From Paraphysomonas bandaiensis (taxonomy: Eukaryota > Protista > Chrysophyceae): a stretch of DNA of 64,000 nt. Shown here piece by piece: positions 61,489 through 64,000 of this stretch. The notes beneath the pieces are model-generated. The model was given only the letters and a program-made list of their open reading frames with translations, was not told the origin of the DNA and searched no databases. Position 1 is the first letter of the stretch. Each line of letters starts with the position of its first letter. The stretch covers positions 248,001-312,000 of the forward strand of contig CBFFRP010000069.1 in NCBI GenBank assembly GCA_965644295.1, in the 5' to 3' direction. The position numbers were made by a program, and so were the translations under genes.

Positions 61489-62143
61489 TGCGTATCAATT
61501 AATTGAGGCAGGTTGTAGTCAAATTATAATTGCTATTATTACTTGCTCTCTCAATTTCAATTATTCAATGCTAAACTACATTAGCTGCCAACTGCCAATA
61601 TAGCTACCTCAACTACCATATCATTCCAGAGGCGACGGTTCAAGTTTATAAACAATAATAAACAAAAGTAGCTCTAAATGCTGAAGAGTCATACTCTTGG
61701 AATCCGTCATAACAATCCTAGCTCTACTGAACAACTTTATTGGTTGTGGCATGCAAGTGCTTCATGCTGTTAAGACGTGCTCACTTCCGCTGTCTGCTAC
61801 CATCAATCAAACATTGCGCTGCGTCGCCATTCTGAACTAGACTTTCACTGTCATCATCGTCTTCATCCTCATCAAGCAAAATAATTTATTTTGATATTTT
61901 CCGTTAATTAGTGCGGCTGAATTGCCACATTGAATCTTCACGATTCCCTTTACGAAAGCAGCATTTTCGCCCAGTAGACGCTCGACAATCGGGTGTCTTA
62001 TGATAAGTTCTTCGTGAAACAATTAACAAACAAGCCGGAGTCAATTATATTGCTATTATTACTTGCTGTCTAAATTTAAACTATTGCAATTTCAATAATT
62101 GACGATTAATATCAATCAATTGAAAATCAATTAATTGATACGC
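61489..62143. repeat. Probable transposon remnant with inverted and direct repeats
   Basis: tgcgtatcaattaattga (~61489) is inverted at ~62126-62143; gtcaa.ttata.ttgctattattacttgct occurs at ~61518 and ~62040; a related segment lies at ~27625. Confidence 0.45.
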
Positions 62144-62549
62144 AGACCTGCTAATTGTTACTGTGTATTAGTTGTGTGTATTGTGTATGTAGAGGACGAC
62201 TTATGTTTTTCTTTTAGATATTGCTAATGGAATATAATTTTTCCAACTTATTGTCATTACACCAAATTCTAACATCTATATACTATATACTACTAGGCAG
62301 GGTTAGGTATCATAAAAATAATACGTAGGTCTCTCAGTTCACTCAATTTTATTACTTCATAACACCATGGTTCACGAGACGCCTTCCAAAGTTGGCTCCA
62401 CATATGCGTAGGATGAGTTATTAAACACAAAATATCGTTTGACACATATCGCGGTTGTAAAAATACTGCAAAAGAGCAACGCATAAAAATTACTACAACC
62501 CATATACAACTCCGTAATACTCACACAGATCTTTCTCAATTCAATTCAA

Positions 62550-63763
62550 CTATGCGTACTCCAAGTCTCCTTTGCGTGGCCTAGGTAGAGCGCTAGCCAC
62601 TGCAATGTCCTGTACTTGTTGCGAGTAGCTACCTTCAACTATGCCGGAGAGCTGACCGCATAAATCCTCTATCTATACGCACCATCATATAAGAAATCTT
62701 AAGAATGATCATAACTCTGTACCTCATTTCTAGAAAACGGTTCACACCGCTGCCTTTTACTGTCGTGGGCATGTGCAAACTGTTCTTCACTATCATCATC
62801 TGGGTATAACGAGGCCACAATCCGGTTGATTTCTTTTTCTATCGATCGTACATTCTCTAACAGGTTGTCGTATACTTTCTTCTCTTGCTCAGATTGCAAT
62901 ACTGACTCCTTTAGGGCGTGAGAGAGACGAGTTAAGGTCGGCGTGGTTCGCATTGTAATTGGGGGGACTGGGCTATTTTGAGAAGTGGTGGAGGGTTCTT
63001 GAGATGGTGCAACTGTACCGCCCGTTGCAGACGTAGCAATTTGGGCCGATGAGTCCTCTGACTGAACGCTCAACAGCTTCTTTGTCTTGAATTTTGTACG
63101 GTCCGTGTAAGGCTGCAGCAGTAGATTATTCAATTCCATTGGGCTTGCTGTAGACTGCAGTAATGAGGACGCGATATCAACGGTTTCTGCCCAACTATGT
63201 ACAGCTTTTCGCAATAGACATGTTTCATCAGAATCCATCTCCATATCTTCAAAATAAGAAACTGGTAAAAGAGTACTTTTAAGTGATTTATTCATGCTAA
63301 CAGCAGCAGATGCAAGCTTCTGTACAGCAACTTGAGGAGACACATCCGTTACTTCAATCTCAAATAACAATTTTGCCCATGAAATACGAGCTTGAATATT
63401 ACGAGAATGATTCTGTTTAGATGATATACTATCATTGACTGGAAGTTTTGGAAATGTCATTTCAACAATTGATGTATGATCAACAAAATAATATACATGA
63501 TCAATCACAAAATATAAACATGATGGTAATTTTTTATTATTGATTGAATGATTTTTATTAATTGCAATATAAATAGAAAATGATATTTTATTATTTATAG
63601 ATGATATTAAATTTAATTTAATGAATGGATGTGGTATATATATGTGACATATAGAGTTTGTTAATATATTATAAAATATATAATTATTTTGTAATTTATC
63701 AAGTAATTCATTTGATATTTTATAAAATATTGTTTGTGTAATAAGAAAATCTGATATATTCAT
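62550..63763 (-). CDS. Hypothetical protein (2 exons)
   Basis: 354-aa ORF to ...FSRNE, GT-AG intron at ~62722-62673, last exon IEDLCGQLSG...DLEYA*. Confidence 0.65.
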
Positions 63764-63859
63764 AATTTTAATGATGTATAGTTTAATATATGGATATATA
63801 TGTAGGATGTTAATGATGTGATGTTTAAGGTGGGATAGACATGTATATATATGGACACA

Positions 63860-63992
63860 TTATTGGCAACGTTTGTATATTTTTGTTCCAAAATGCTTCT
63901 AATATTGAGACAACAATTCTCTGTATTCTAGCCGTAGTTATATATCAGTAATATAGAGTAATTTTACTTCAATTTATTTCCGAAAAATAAGT
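63860..63992 (+). repeat. Dispersed repeat, second copy of 29690-29825
   Basis: Direct sequence similarity to the 29690 copy. Confidence 0.8.
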
Positions 63993-64000
63993 ACATAGCA

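Overview
Eukaryotic nuclear DNA with short (~45-90 nt) spliceosomal introns. Gene style and retroelement types suggest a stramenopile/chrysophyte-like protist (inference only). Host genes: TSR1 (partial), an ankyrin-PH protein, an RI-type LRR protein, dynamitin (DCTN2), a large LRR-WW protein, an F-box+cyclin protein, a TM/EF-hand protein, a WW protein and two hypotheticals. The standout is a convergent two-gene keto-sugar cluster (30708-37602). One gene encodes a signal-peptide protein fusing an aldos-2-ulose dehydratase (AUDH)-type beta-propeller to an IolE-type inosose dehydratase TIM barrel; the other encodes a pyranose 2-oxidase. These are the enzyme families of the fungal glucose->glucosone->cortalcerone route, here with an unusual architecture. 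The window also holds a 14.1-kb Copia element (identical TA...TA LTRs, 5-bp TSD) carrying a nested chromodomain Gypsy with several anomalies: a 218-bp flanking duplication, LTRs more diverged than its host's, an in-frame gag-UGA-pol junction and an IFDN RT motif. Other elements: a decayed pogo-like TIR element inside a 50-bp minisatellite, MITEs, a fold-back gag fragment and a 1.3-kb (CATA)n array. All family assignments come from motifs recognised by eye; no searches were run.
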